A stretch of DNA of 64,000 nt, taken from assembly GCA_964252035.1 (NCBI GenBank), contig OZ176200.1; one strand, written 5' to 3'. The stretch's first letter is position 1. Each line of letters begins with the position of its first letter. The notes beneath the pieces were generated by a model. The model searched no databases and was not told the origin of the DNA. It saw only the letters and a list, made by a program, of their open reading frames with translations. The DNA comes from Podarcis erhardii (taxonomy: Eukaryota). Shown one piece after another: positions 48,273 to 61,291 of this stretch. Both the position numbers and the translations under genes were made by a program.

Positions 48273-49892
48273 TGAATATTTAATTTACAAAAAAGGAAAA
48301 AAGGAATAATGTACCCTATGAGGTGTCCTATGCAAAACTTGGTAAGATTAACTGCATATAAAATCCGGCCCAACCCAATGTAATACTATTAATGCAATCA
48401 GGAGACAAATAGAAACCAGTGGGAAAGGAAACATCAGGTAAAAGTGACATTCTTCTTAAAGATTGTCCCAACTAGTTAATTCCACCCCCCCCCCTCACGA
48501 TCCCACCCCCCGAGGCCGCCTTCCTAGATACACTGTACACTGCCATTTTACATAAATATTGTTTTAATATTCCACTGGGCTTACTTACGAGACTTTTTCA
48601 CTTTTTCTTGCTGAATCAGTTCCTCCCTGAATTCCTCCAGTCAAGTAGAAATGGACAGGACACACACACTGAACACGTCTTTGGTAGGGATGCTCATGTG
48701 ATCAAAATTAGTGACTAACCCAATATTTGACTTGTCCCATTGAAGTAGTAGCAAGAACTTCAGCTTAACATTTGGCAAGAGGCAGACACACTTTTACTGA
48801 TTTGTGTTACTGGCAGTTTCAGCTGAACTTATAAAAAAGGTGGTAGTTTTCTACACATTGCTTAGTAGAGATTATCTGCAAGGTTTTAAGCTCCTCTTAT
48901 TAACATTCCTTGAGTGAAATAAGGTTGCATAACCAGCTTACCACACAGTCGGCCTTCTCCCACTTCCAAATCATAAAACTCCAGTATGTATGTACACACC
49001 TATTGCCTCATTTTAACCTTCAAGGCAGCAGTGTTATGAACTGCATGCAGCAGAGGGGTGCTATTTGCAAGACAATGACAACGGTCACTTCTTGGCAAGT
49101 CTCTCAGGACCAAAAAATCTCACAGTGTTCTGGGCACAGGGAGAAGAAGAAAAGCAGGGTTTTCTTTTGCCAATATATTGGGAGGCTTCCACTGGAGGAG
49201 AACACAAGACAACAAATGCTTATGGCAATGGCATCAACCCTCTTTTGGACTGAATGAATGGTGGCTGCACAAGGGAACTTTCCACTGGATTGCAGTCCTC
49301 AAGAAAATATTTTTAAAAAATGTATCTGCACTGGATCCTTCCTATTATCAATGTAAAAAGGTTTTTCCTATGGAGTAATTGCCATCAACTGCAACTCCTC
49401 TCAGGTCCTTCTGCTATGTTCCCTATATATGGAAATATGATATATAAACTTGCACGGCTGAGCTCTGGGAAGCTGACAATGAGTAGCTGAGAGTACGGTG
49501 AGAGTACTAGAGCAGCTGGACATAATTACTTGGGAATTCAGCACACAAACGGCTACAAAATGAGACATGCAGTTGCCATCAGAAAGAGCTAAAAATGCCT
49601 TGGAAATTGTCGGGAACACCATCACCAATTTGGCCAAAAGGAAAAGCCCCCATTTTCAAACCGCATTAAAAACCTATGACAACAGGCTGAAGTGGGGAAC
49701 GCGAGAGTTACAATATATTAAGCGATTTCTGAGCCCATAAACATTTGTAAAAGCATCGGCAAAATATCTTAAATATAAAAGGAATATGTATAGACCCCCT
49801 CCATCCTCCGGAAGAAAAAGAACATGATTTGTAGTGTAATAAATCAGACGAATGATCATGGTATTAAGGCATAAATGGTAGGACATTATTTC

Positions 49893-50029
49893 CTATTGCC
49901 TCAGCTCGACATAATTAGCTGGGAAGAGCCCGTATCTGCCTTTGCACACTCCCCTCCACCAGCCATCATCGATCATTTCAATGTTTGTGATGATGTCGTC
50001 AGGATCAAAGGAAATTTCATCATCCCCAG
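49893..50029 (-). CDS. CTTN: Cortactin last coding exon (SH3 C-terminal part and stop)
   Basis: TCTTTCCACAG|CT acceptor; [45 protein letters not shown], identical to the recalled cortactin SH3. Confidence 0.99.
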
Positions 50030-51028
50030 CTGTGGAAAGAGCAGAAGCAACTCTCCAGTTAGTATCTCATACAGATATAAAAGGGGGTGGGGTGGGGGAA
50101 CGGGTAAGGTACTAAATAATAGTATTTGCAATTAGTTAATCTGTGTTCGAGGAGGGTTCTAATTGATGGTTATAAAGAGGGGAAGGGTCTTTCGTGTTAT
50201 ACCCAAGACATGGGAACACAACTCTAGATTGCCCCTGAGATCCCAAACTTCCATATGAAATACCTTAATTCTATGAGAAACGTGCAATTCTTTTGCCTAG
50301 GTGGTATACGAGAAAAAGATTGAAACCACTGAAGATTGTTCCTGGCATGTGTGTGCCAGATCATGCCATCACCAAGGACTACTTCCAGATAGGATGCTTG
50401 TTTTTTAATGGTCAGGCATGATGAATAAGTGTGTTTGGCATTCACATGAGAACTCTGCCAGACCCTTTGCTGATTTGCTGTGGCACTGGGGTCCTTGTCC
50501 TCTAGATCGCCTAGCATGGCAATCCTGCAGTGGAATGCTTACCAAAAGGGAAATCCCTTTGAAGCAGATTGCAAAAGGGATACTGTTTGGCAAGGATTCT
50601 CAGGGGAATATACTCAGCATACTGGAAAGCGAGTAAGGTGAGTGACACAAACCTTGCAGAAGAAAGGGTAATCCAAATCCCAAGAGCAAAACAAAAATGC
50701 TTACGTAAAATCTTTCATAAAACTGGGAGAGTTACCAGTTATTTTTATCATCTACTAACTCCTGCCACAGATGTGGAAATATATTTTTGAACCTAGAGGT
50801 GGAACTAATAACCCTTTCCCCAAAAGACAATGTGGATTCTGCTTTGGAACGCTATGTGGCCAACTATTTGGTGTAACGAATTACCACAAACTGAAATTCA
50901 GTGTCTCAGTCAGAGTAAGTGATTTAAGCAGAAAATACTTCTCTGCCATATAGCAAAGCTGTGAGATGTAGCCTCATCCTAACTTCTTGGCTTCTGAGAT
51001 ACCATTAGGTGTTGCCTACACACCTTTA

Positions 51029-51870
51029 TAATAATTAATAAATAATAATAATAATAATTTATTATTTATGCCCCTGCCCATCTGGCTGGGCTTCCCCAGC
51101 CACTCTGGGCGGCTTCCAACAAAATATTAAAATACTGTAATCCATCAAACATTAAAAGCTTCCCTAAACAGGGCTGCCTTCAGATGTCTTCTAAAAGTCT
51201 GGTAAGTTGTTGTTCTCTTTGACATCTGGTGGGAGCGTGTTCCACAGGGCGGGTGCCACTACCGAGAAGGCCCTCTGCTTGGTTCCCTGTAACTTGGCTT
51301 CTCGCAGTGAGGGAACCGCCAGAAGGCCCTTGGCGCTGGACCTCAGTGTCCATGTAGAAAGATGGGGGTGGAGACGCTCCTTCAGATATACTGGACCGAG
51401 GCCATTTAGGGCTTTAAAGGTAAGCATCAACACTTTGAACTGTGCTCGGAAACGTACTGGGAGCCAATGTAGGTCTTTCAAGACCGGTGTTATGTGGTCT
51501 CAGCGGCCGCTCCCAGTCACCAGTCTAGTTACCACATTCTGGATTAGTTGTAGTTTCTGGGTCACTTTCAAAGGTAGCCCCACATAGAGCACATTGCAGT
51601 AGTCCAAGCGAGAGATAACCAGAGCATGCACCACTCTGGCGAGACAGTCTGCGGGCAGGTAGGGTCTCAGCCTGCGTACCAGATGGAGCTGGTAAACAGC
51701 TGCCCTGGACACAGAATTGACCTCCACCTCCGTGGACAGCTGTGAGTTCAAAATGACTCCCAGTCTGTACATCTGGTCCTTCAGGGGCACAGTTACCCCA
51801 TTCAGGACCAGGGAGTCCTCCACACCCACCTGCCTCCTGTCCCCCCCAAAACAGTACTTCTGTCTTGTCT
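51029..51870 (-). mobile_element. L2 LINE 3' portion with (ATT)n tail
   Basis: Minus ORFs VVHALVISRLDYCNVLYVGLPLK..KLQLIQN and LHWLPVRFRAQFKVLMLTFKALNGLGPVYLKERL...AFSVVAPALWN; tail at ~51029-51070. Confidence 0.95.
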
Positions 51871-52138
51871 TTAAAGCAGGTGCGAGGGTTAGAAACTTAG
51901 TCAATATTCTCACCTACTGAATTTCGCACCCACCATTCCTGTGCTTGTGCACTGTGTTCAGAAAACTGCAAAATTTATGACACAGCTCTGAAAATGTTCT
52001 GCATTGTATGAGATAGTGCTTTTTGAAGAATATTTTTTTTTTGTGTGTGTGTGTGTGTGTATGCTCAATATAACCCCATGCAAAATATATTTTTTAAAAA
52101 AACCCAGAACTGCAGAACTAAGAGTATGTATTGCTTAC

Positions 52139-52207
52139 CAGCCTGGTAATCATATAAGGCTATCGCTGTTATTCCAAGGTCGTTTTCGTATTCGTAAGTA
52201 CTTTCAT
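52139..52207 (-). CDS. CTTN: Cortactin exon ([23 protein letters not shown])
   Basis: TTTAG|AT acceptor, G|GTAAGC donor, 69 nt, phase 1 to 1. Confidence 0.97.
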
Positions 52208-52640
52208 CTAAAGGGAAAGGGACACATTACTACTATGCATGACACAATAAAAGGATATGTGAATTTCTTAAACTCATGTACTAACATATAACATAAGTCA
52301 TATAAGTCAAGCTAGTATGCCTTTCCCCCAGCTTTGTTTTTCAGAAAGCACAGACCCCAAATATTTATAGGTTTGTATCTGATGCTACTCTAAGGAGCTC
52401 AATACAGCACAGAGAGGCTTCCCAGGTAAATCTCCTGCCAAGCATTAGCTACACACAGCCCTGCATAGCTTTAGAAAAAGAAGGAACCGTCTACTCAAAA
52501 GTATTACCTCCCAGCTCCTGTCACTTACTGAATCTTTTCTAGCCTGAACATCTCAAACTACCAGATCTGAGAACAGTCTACCATTGCCTAAAGCCATGAC
52601 CAAAGAGATCTCTCCTAGGTCAAAAGATAAGCTGACGAAC

Positions 52641-52824
52641 CTGCTTGATACTGGTTTCCTGCCCCAGCCACTTCATACACCGTCTCAGATTCATACTCTG
52701 GCTTCCGCTGACTGACTGCTTCTTGGTAGTCAGATTCTTCAACTTTGTTGTTGGTTTCTGGCTCGTGTGCGGCTGAGTAATTTGCATTTGAATTCTTGTA
52801 GCCAGACTCAAAGGAAACGGCATC
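52641..52824 (-). CDS. CTTN: Cortactin exon (DAVSFESGYKNS...ETVYEVAGAGNQYQA)
   Basis: CCCTCTAG|GAT acceptor, G|GTTCGT donor, 184 nt, phase 0 to 1; resembles recalled chicken cortactin. Confidence 0.93.
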
Positions 52825-54056
52825 CTAGAGGGAAGGAGAGGCAGCCAGAACATAACAGACAGAGAGAACTTCAAGTACATTGTTGTTACAGAAATGCAGT
52901 TATTACTGCCTCCCTTAGGAGGAGGAAACCTCAACCTTGGGGGAAGGGTGGTGGGGAATGCAGGGACTCTTAAGGCCTGCTCCAATCCACAGCCTGGACT
53001 GGCATGTGTTCTTGAACTGCTGCTTGCCTGCACATAGGGTGGAGAGGAAAGTGCACACAGAGAGTGTGCACATGTGTACACAAGCACACACAGAGAAACC
53101 TCTTTTTTTGCATATATGCTACAGTACAAAAGTAGAAGTTATATTCATAGCTCCGTCTGTTTTGCCTCTGACCCCACCCACAGCTGGCATGAGGCTCTCA
53201 GAATGTCCCTGTTGGGCTAATAAAGGTGCCCCACCCCCAGTACACAGGACACAGTGCACACCACACCCACATTAATGCATATAGGGCTAAAGTGTGCAGG
53301 GGAAGGACACCCCTGTGCCAGCCCCCTGCACCCCCCAAATGCTCATCTGCTCCACCTGACACAGAAGCCCCCTTTAGACCTTCCTCAGCGCTTTCAGCTG
53401 AACATGCTTCGAAGCCTCCCCATAACCAGGAACTCCTCCTTATCGGAGTTTTCAAAAATGAGGAGCACATGAAGACAGCCCATGGACTGCTTGCATTTTA
53501 GAGACTGCTGCAAGCTGACATTTTGCAAGTGCCCTTCCCGTGAAGATACACAGCGAGTGCCTTATGAGAGTCCGACAGATCAATTCCTTGGCAAAGTAAT
53601 TTGGCAGACTCGAGGAGAAGCTGGGGTGGTGCACTGCAACAGCCGCATCACAGTCAATGTGGGAATACAATTGCACAGCATGTTTGTTCATTATACAGCT
53701 GGAAGTCTGCTCCTCACTACGCCATGATAATTCCTTCAAGCGTATTCTCATTTCTCCCCATGATCTCTCCCTTGTCGAATGTTCCAAATTTAGCACAGCA
53801 AATGTGATTAAATTTATTACAATGTTATTGTCCTGAGTGGTATAAGGCCGCTTCTGGTGGTGCCCCTTGTGCATATAGCCCACCATTGTCTCCTCTGACA
53901 AGCAGAGGAGGAACAGACCTCTTTCACAGCAGTTCCTACCTGACAGGTAGATGCCAATGATTGTATCTGGGAGCTTCAGCATGCAAAGCATTTGCCCTTC
54001 AGCTAAGGTTTTGCTTTTTTCCTGTTTGGCTAAATGACTATAGCTAGCAAACTAAC

Positions 54057-54170
54057 CTCATAGACTGGACTTGATGGCAATTTTTCTTCCACAGGCTGCA
54101 GTGTGGGAGAAGGAACAGGAACAGGAGCAGGAGATGGAGGTGGAGTTTGTTTCTTGGCTTTGGCCTGTTC
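54057..54170 (-). CDS. CTTN: Cortactin proline-rich exon (EQAKAKKQTPPPSPAPVPVPSPTLQPVEEKLPSSPVYE)
   Basis: TTTAAAG|GAA acceptor, GAG|GTTAGT donor, 114 nt, phase 0 to 0. Confidence 0.96.
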
Positions 54171-54797
54171 CTTTAAAAGAAAGAAAGAGAGAGAGAAAAC
54201 AGAGTGGGTGGGTGGGAGAAGAGATATGGATCAAAGCCAGATCTGTAGCACAGACATGACACAACAAGAGGAGCAGGAATTTTGTGACTTGCACTTAACA
54301 CGCAACACCACCACTAACTTGCCCCTCTATGAAAAAGTGATAGAATTTGTAAGGAAGGTAATTTATTTTCTGCAGCAGTTTCACTTATGGAGTCACACTG
54401 CAGGAGGCTAAAACAGAAACCAGGCACAGTGAGGAGAATACTTAACAGTAAGACTATGATGAGGTCGTCCTTTAAATCCTCCACAAGGAGTTACCCTGCA
54501 GTTACAGCTACAAGGAGCATGTGAGCCAGTGTGACCATGTTGAGAGCTTGCAACTCAACATAGTCAGTGGCAAGCTGCATGAATATGGCAACCAAGTTAC
54601 CCCACTCATGGGCTGACTCTTATGCCATCACTGCTGCCCCATGGAGCAGCACCGTGGCAGTGTGAATGGGCTGGCAAGTATGCTATTTCCTTCACAGGAT
54701 CCACTTGCAAGGAGAATCCCACACCATAAAGCAAGACGCTTGTACTTCCTGTTAAGTTCTTCCTTCACCTGTTTTGTTGCTTTCTATGTATCCTTAA

Positions 54798-55124
54798 GGG
54801 ACGCAGGTGGCCTAGGACTTGCCAATCAGAAGGTCGCGGTTCGAATCCCCGCAACGGGGTGAGCTCCCGTTGCTCGGTCCCTGCTCCTGCCCACCTAGCA
54901 GTTCGAAAGCATGTCAAAGTGCAAGTAGATAAATAGGTACCACTCCGGTGGGAAGGTAAACGGCATTTCCGTGCGCTGCTCTGGTTCGCCAGAAGCGGCT
55001 TAGTCATGCAGGCCACACGACCCGGAAGCTGTACGCCGGTTCCCTCAGCCAATAAAGTGAGATGAGCGCCGCAACCCCAGAGTCGGCCACGACTGGACCT
55101 AATGGTCAGGGGTTCCTTTACCTT
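54798..55124 (+). mobile_element. Sauria SINE, young, with a short deletion in the head
   Basis: GGGACGC head, B-box GTTCGAATCCC, (CCTTTA) tail; TSD TGTATCCTTAAG at 54787-54798 and 55125-55136; CpG-rich. Confidence 0.95.
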
Positions 55125-57774
55125 TGTATCCTTAAGCATGGGGGGCCAATCAGGCTTCAAGCTCCTATTTTTAAAATGGCCTCAGAACATAATGGCACCG
55201 CATTTTCCAATGCACCAAACATGACCTTTCTGACAAGCTGATTGGACTAAAGGGTAAAGGACAGGGAGATGAAAGATGGCCCAAATGTGAACTGCCAGGT
55301 GGAGCACTGTCAGAGGCAGCAGCTGCCACCAAGACAGTGGGAGTCAGAAAGGAGTTTTTGCAGCCTCCTGTTCCCGAGACTCCCAGAAACAATGATGTCA
55401 ATTAACAGCAACTGGTGTGAGGTGGAGCAACACAGGTGACACAGGTCACCATTTCTGGAGCAACCAGTGTGCAGCACCCCTATGACAACTGCCAATGGGG
55501 TGGAGGAATCCCATAGTCAGAGTTAGGGAAGAAAGGCACCCCAGGATAGGAGATTGGATCAAATAATGCTTCTGGGTGAAAGCTGAAAGTGTCACAGAAG
55601 GCCCTCTTGTCCCTAGATACATACAGCGAGTACACTTGTGGTCAGCTGCTTAGTGTAAACAATTGTGGAAACGGCAATAGTTAAATCTACTATATCCTAC
55701 ACATTTCACTTTATGTATCCCTATTTCCACATTGCTGCTGCTACTGAGGGAGGGAAGAGGGTATTGTGTGTTTTTGCTTTCTATTGTTAGTGTATTGTAT
55801 TTGTTGTATTTTTATACTCTTCTATTAGCTGATTATTTCGCTGTATGTATCTTTATTTCTCTACCACGGCTGATTAGTGAAATTGCTGTAGGATTTATTA
55901 AGCACTGCACTTTTAAGTCTCAGTTGTTCACTTAAGTCAATATATGTCTGGGCAAAAAGTCATGGAGGAATGCTGTTTTTACAAGGAGACTATATATTTT
56001 TACACTGGCCAGATGCTTATACAAAGAGGTAAACTATTTTTAGTTGCAGTTGTACTGATGAATTGTTGCTGCCATGACTTTGTGGTTTAGATGATATATT
56101 ACTGTGTACAGTTGTTTTATCTACTGGCCGTCAGGCGTCCTGAGTTCCACGTTGAAAGAAGAACAGGATATAAGATTTGTGAATACATAAAATTAGTAGC
56201 ACTGGGTTATAAGTGATCTGTTCATTGTTCCTGCCATAAACATTTAGGTACTGTGCATTTCCCTAATGGTGAATTACAATACACAAGAGCGATGACTATA
56301 ACATTGATTACTACATATCTCCCCACCCCCACCCACCCCCCGCAAGTAAGCATTGATGGGAAACAAGTCTGTAAGTCTTCCCTTGTCTAGTTAACCCACT
56401 AACAAGACAAGACATACTACAAAGCTGGGAGAGGAACTTATTTTTCATTTGTAGTCCCAGGGCTGTGGTCTGACACACTAAATTGTTACCAGGTGTTGTG
56501 AATGCAAGCAGTACAGGACTGCTGCATTTCATTTCACAGAGCCCACATATTCTGTAGCAGACAGGCAATTTCTTTCTACATCAGTGTCTCAAAGGCAGGA
56601 GTCAGAGTGGGTGGCAATAGGAAGACCCATGCTGGGTGCTGCTGCTAGTAATTTTCTCCAGATTAAGCTGCACAGCACTTTCTAGGACTTAAAGATAGTC
56701 CAAACAAGGTAGGCATTTAGGAGCAATAATCTAGTATGTTTGCTCATTAGAAATAAAAGTAAAAACTACCACCTTGCTTTTCTCTTTCTTAGATTTAAAT
56801 GACATCATCAGGGACACAGATCATATGATGAAGAAAGGAATTGGTTGGGAGCACGGATACAGCCAAGTTACATTTCTTTAACAGAGAACACTCAACAGAG
56901 GTTGATGCTTTCCAAGAGATGGGGGGTGGGAGACAGAAACCCTTCTAGTGTATTTATTCCAGCTGGCTCTACATATTTTACTGAGGAACTGCCTCTGCAT
57001 TTTGCCAGCTACTTAACTCAAACCTTACAGGACGAGAACATTTTAAAATTGCTCAGCCCCATGCAAACATCCTTCTCTATTGTCTAGTTGTGTGCCCCAG
57101 TCATAGGATCAAGCTTTAGGGTCATAAAGGAGGCGTGCCTGCCATCTTCAGGACCCAATTCTATCCCACTGCAGCTCAGAAATGCTCAGCAATGATTCTA
57201 TTGCCAGCACCAGAGCAAGGAAATCAGGGAGCTGAATGTCTCTGCTACAAGTAAAGCTAATGACCTATAGGATGCTAGCAATACAGAGTTACACCAATAG
57301 GTTTCTTAACAATAAAAGGAGCAATTCAGATGGAGATGGAGGTCCTAACAGTTTAGCTTCTAGAGGTTTCTGTGTCCAGTCCAGACACAAAGGGATTGGT
57401 TGACAACAGCTCACATTTTATCAGCAGAAACTTTCTTTTTGTGAGCTTCATCAGTTGGGATGTACACTGCAGTGACAACCAGAAAGCAGGGATCCTAAGA
57501 ATATCTAAAAATAGCTTCCTTCCCTCCTCATAGTTTTGAATCCATAGTTTTGATTACAGCCTAATTAATGAATCCTGGAACTAGGAAGACTTTAAGCAAT
57601 CAATAACCAGACCTACTTATAATATGTATTCTAGTTTTGAATCGTAAAAGTTGACAGCTTTCTAGAAGTTTTAAAGTTAATTATTTTCAAAAAACAAAAC
57701 AAAACCAATTCTGACTTTTTTCTCAAGGGTGAGGGAGGGTGAAAGAAAGAGGCAAAACAATGAATTTCACTGAC

Positions 57775-57923
57775 TTCCAGCGTCCTCCTGGCTTCCTCTT
57801 GTTCTTGCTTGTCCTGTGCCATTCTTTGAGCTCTTTCGACTTCCGCCTTCCTTCTATCCTCCTGCTCTTTATCCTTAGCTAGGTTTTCAAAGTTAGCTCT
57901 GATGTTGCTGGTTTTGTTATTTG
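57775..57923 (-). CDS. CTTN: Cortactin helical-region exon ([50 protein letters not shown])
   Basis: ATTACAG|CA acceptor, GAA|GTCAGT donor, 149 nt, phase 1 to 0. Confidence 0.98.
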
Positions 57924-58373
57924 CTGTAATAGTAGAAATATTGAGATGTTCATTTTACAGGGCAGATTCCTATGCAAACCTCCACAACATACAGATCCAG
58001 AGTTAACTGGTAACCAAAATTAAGACTAAGCAAAATCTTTATACTTAGAAAAAGTAATGTAATCCCCTGAGAAGCCTGACTCATTCACCTTCCTACTAAA
58101 AACAGATGCTGCAAAAATTGGAACATATTGAAAGTTCAGGCCTAGATGACTGACTTAAAAGTTAGGAATTCGGGAGTCGTTCCAGCAACAAGGCCAAGGA
58201 TTAGCTGACACGTTCAATTTAAAATGATGACTCCCTTCCTGAGCAGACAAAAAAGAAAATACATTAGAAAGTCCATCCAATTTTTATTTCACCATTCCAA
58301 GCATAGAAAGCTAAATACACCTAGGAGATTTAGTACTTATGCTGATGCAATGACTGCACTCCCATGTAATGTT

Positions 58374-58765
58374 TAAGCATGGCTTGGCATTATGAGGGTG
58401 AAATGCAGTAAACCTCAGGCTCACAAACTACCACCACCCCTGAAATGTTGCTACAAGGAGTTGAGAAGTTTTCCTTTCATTTATAGATTAACCACATTTC
58501 ATCTGCCATCGGAACTTGGGAGAAACTGTGGCTCGCCTTAGCTTAATAGAAACTAGTCACCTTCAAGCCATAATTTAAGAAGCTGTCTTGTTTTCATTCA
58601 CCATAGTTAAGATTAACTTGGGATTCAGTTGCAACACTAAACCGTGGTTAATCCAAAACAAAAGCTGAAAGTTCAGGAATCTCCTTGTGGCTGTGTCAGA
58701 GGTGAAGAGAGGAGCACACAAGCCTGAGATTCACAGCCCCTCATCCTCATAATGCTAGGCACTTA
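58374..58765. mobile_element. Harbinger-like MITE (AACCATAGTT-type internal motifs)
   Basis: Inverted ends TAAG..GCTTGGCATTATGAGGGTGA / TCATCCTCATAATGCTAGGCACTTA. Confidence 0.65.
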
Positions 58766-58867
58766 GGCCATCAAGAACTTAAGATATTTCAGGTATAAGG
58801 GCAAGCTAAACCATAAACAAGGAAAACATTGGAGAGAGATTTTCAGCATTTTAAAATATAGCCTTAC

Positions 58868-58937
58868 CAGCTTCCACCGGCTTGGTCTTCTGGTACGTTG
58901 AAGACAATTTCTCAATATCTTCAAAAGCTGATGCATT
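58868..58937 (-). CDS. CTTN: Cortactin exon (NASAFEDIEKLSSTYQKTKPVEA)
   Basis: TTGATAG|AAT acceptor, G|GTAAGG donor, 70 nt, phase 0 to 1. Confidence 0.97.
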
Positions 58938-59933
58938 CTATCAATAAAAGCCAGATGAGGTCACAAACATATTCAGGGACAAGATACCAAGCTATTAGAA
59001 ATGCACACAACAGTTTTATTTGAAGAAGTCATTTTTATGCTCCAAAGTTGCTTTTCATGTACAAGCTGCAAGTTCTCAAAGGTGACATGTGCACTCAAAA
59101 CAAATAAAAAGGCTGTGTGATTTTAATAAGTATCCAGACAAGGCAAAATGCCACCTGATACTTGCCAATCTAATGACAAATGCAAACTTGGACGCAAGAG
59201 GTTTGACATTTTTTAATAAGTAAAATGAAACACAAAGCTAAATTTCAACTGAGCAGAGAACTCAAAAGAGCAACTCTCAATTTCAAAAAGCAGTAGAGAA
59301 GCTTTAAGTGCACAATGATATGAGGTAGTAAAGCAAACAGATGTCTCTATCACAAATATATGAAGGCTCAATATATGAGTAGACATGGTTACAATTGCAC
59401 TGAAGGTTGAGGATGCTTTTATGAACTGATCCTTAATACTTTTTATGTTGCAATACTCTTTTTTATGCATTTGGACATTTATATGCTACATTTTTGTAAT
59501 GTTTTTCTACTTCTTGTGAGCTGCTAAAATTGCAGCTGATATGAATTTCCTCAGAATTTTTTTTTCTTAAAAACAAAGCAACAAAAAAACACTTTCATCA
59601 TCCACCAGCCACACGTGAGTATGTATATATACCGAAGAAAGTATCTCTTTTCCATAACAGTATCTGTATTAGTCCGCTGTTCTAAAAAATAAAGTAAGAA
59701 GCTCCTTTGTATACTTATTCATTGAATTCAGAGGGGATTATTTCTGAGCACCTCTGCATTAGACTGGAGATTCTAATCTGAGGCAGCCATTATGAAAACT
59801 GATATCGGGGGGTATTTATTCCACATTATTTAATGCAGACAATTTATCTCTGGCTCCACCCATCATCAGTTCCCAGACAGAAATGAAAGGTTGCCCATCC
59901 TTGCCATAAGAAATATTTGATTTACGGTCATAC

Positions 59934-59989
59934 CTTATCCATTCGATCTTTCTGCACGCCATATTTTCCACCAAAGCCTTTCGAATAGT
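59934..59989 (-). CDS. CTTN: Cortactin half-repeat exon ([19 protein letters not shown])
   Basis: TTTTTAG|AC acceptor, AAG|GTATGA donor, 56 nt, phase 1 to 0. Confidence 0.98.
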
Positions 59990-61066
59990 CTAAAAACAGG
60001 ACACAAAAAAAGACTAATTGTAGGTGATTCTTTCTACCCCTCTTTTGAGTTTTCTCAAATGCAGATGAGTACTGAAAGGAGCTGCATGCTTAAGAGTTCC
60101 CAATGACTGCAGCCAAGCAAAAAACGGAAAAGAAGTAGATGCAATAGATGAAATATATATATACATATATATACTTGTAAGATTTTGGAAGAAGTGTTGG
60201 CAGATGTGCAAGCTGCAATGGGCCAGATTCATGCTTCCACATTCATTGGCTGAAATGACACTGGATGACTGTTGGCAGGAATCAAGCAAAGGAAAGGATG
60301 CTCTCCCTCTCTGGACCAACACCTCTGCCTGCCACTCACCACTTCTATAGAACAGCCTTGGATTACTCTACTTCTAGCATTTACTTCTCGCCACTTCTGG
60401 CATTCACCATGTCAATGAATGAGCATTTCAAATGCCAGAAAGACACAGATATATTGACCACAGAGGGCTTTGTATCCAACCAAGCCATAGTCTTCAGTAG
60501 ATACAATGAAAAGCACTGAACTGACATCAGTCAGGCCCACTGATTTCAGAGAGTCTACTTTGAGCAGGGCAATGTCTCATTACAGATTGACAACAGAAGT
60601 ACAATTAAATGCTGGATAGATAAACTTGTACAAAACACACACACTGTGGGGGGAAACTGAAGGAATGAAATACTTCTTATTTATGGAAGGATCTCATGGG
60701 CTACCTTGCCTTATTTTCATCAAGGAGATTCTATGTAAAGAGAGTTTATATATTTATTTATTTATTTATCTATCCACCCAAAACACTGGAACCAAATCAC
60801 CTTTGCCTAACGTTTCAATGAAGACATTATTTCACATGTTTTATATTGAACTGATACACTGCATGAAGTGGTGATCACTAAAAACAAAATCTCAAACCTT
60901 CTAACAGCCAAATCAGGGCATATTTTATATTGGATGGATGGTGCATGACTTTAACATTGCAACATATGGAAACTACTGTACTAGTTCTAGAAAATGAATT
61001 GCACATGGGTTTTCCTTTGAAGAAAGAGGCAAGGGGGCTCGCTCGCTCGCTCTCTCTCTATATATA

Positions 61067-61291
61067 CAGTGGTACCTCTGGTTACGTACTTAATTCGTTC
61101 CAGAGGTCTGTTCTTAACCTGAAGCACCACTTTAGCTAATGGGGCCTCCCGCTGCTTCCGTGCCACCGCCACACAATTTCTGTTCTCATCCTGAAGCAAA
61201 GTTCTTAACCCGAGGTACAATTTCTGGGTTAGCGGAGTCTGTAGCCTGAAGGGTATGTAACCTGAAGCGTATGTAACCTGAGGTACCACTG
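61067..61291. mobile_element. Tigger/pogo-like MITE
   Basis: TA|CAGTGGTACCTCTGGTTAC ... GTAACCTGAGGTACCACTG|TA. Confidence 0.9.

Noticed and set aside
49401-49886. Short ORFs in the CTTN 3'UTR
   Set aside because: Under 80 aa, non-ATG or weak starts, no homology; expected by chance.
52620-53129. 169-aa minus-strand ORF
   Set aside because: Alternative frame across a real CTTN exon plus intron; no recognisable product.
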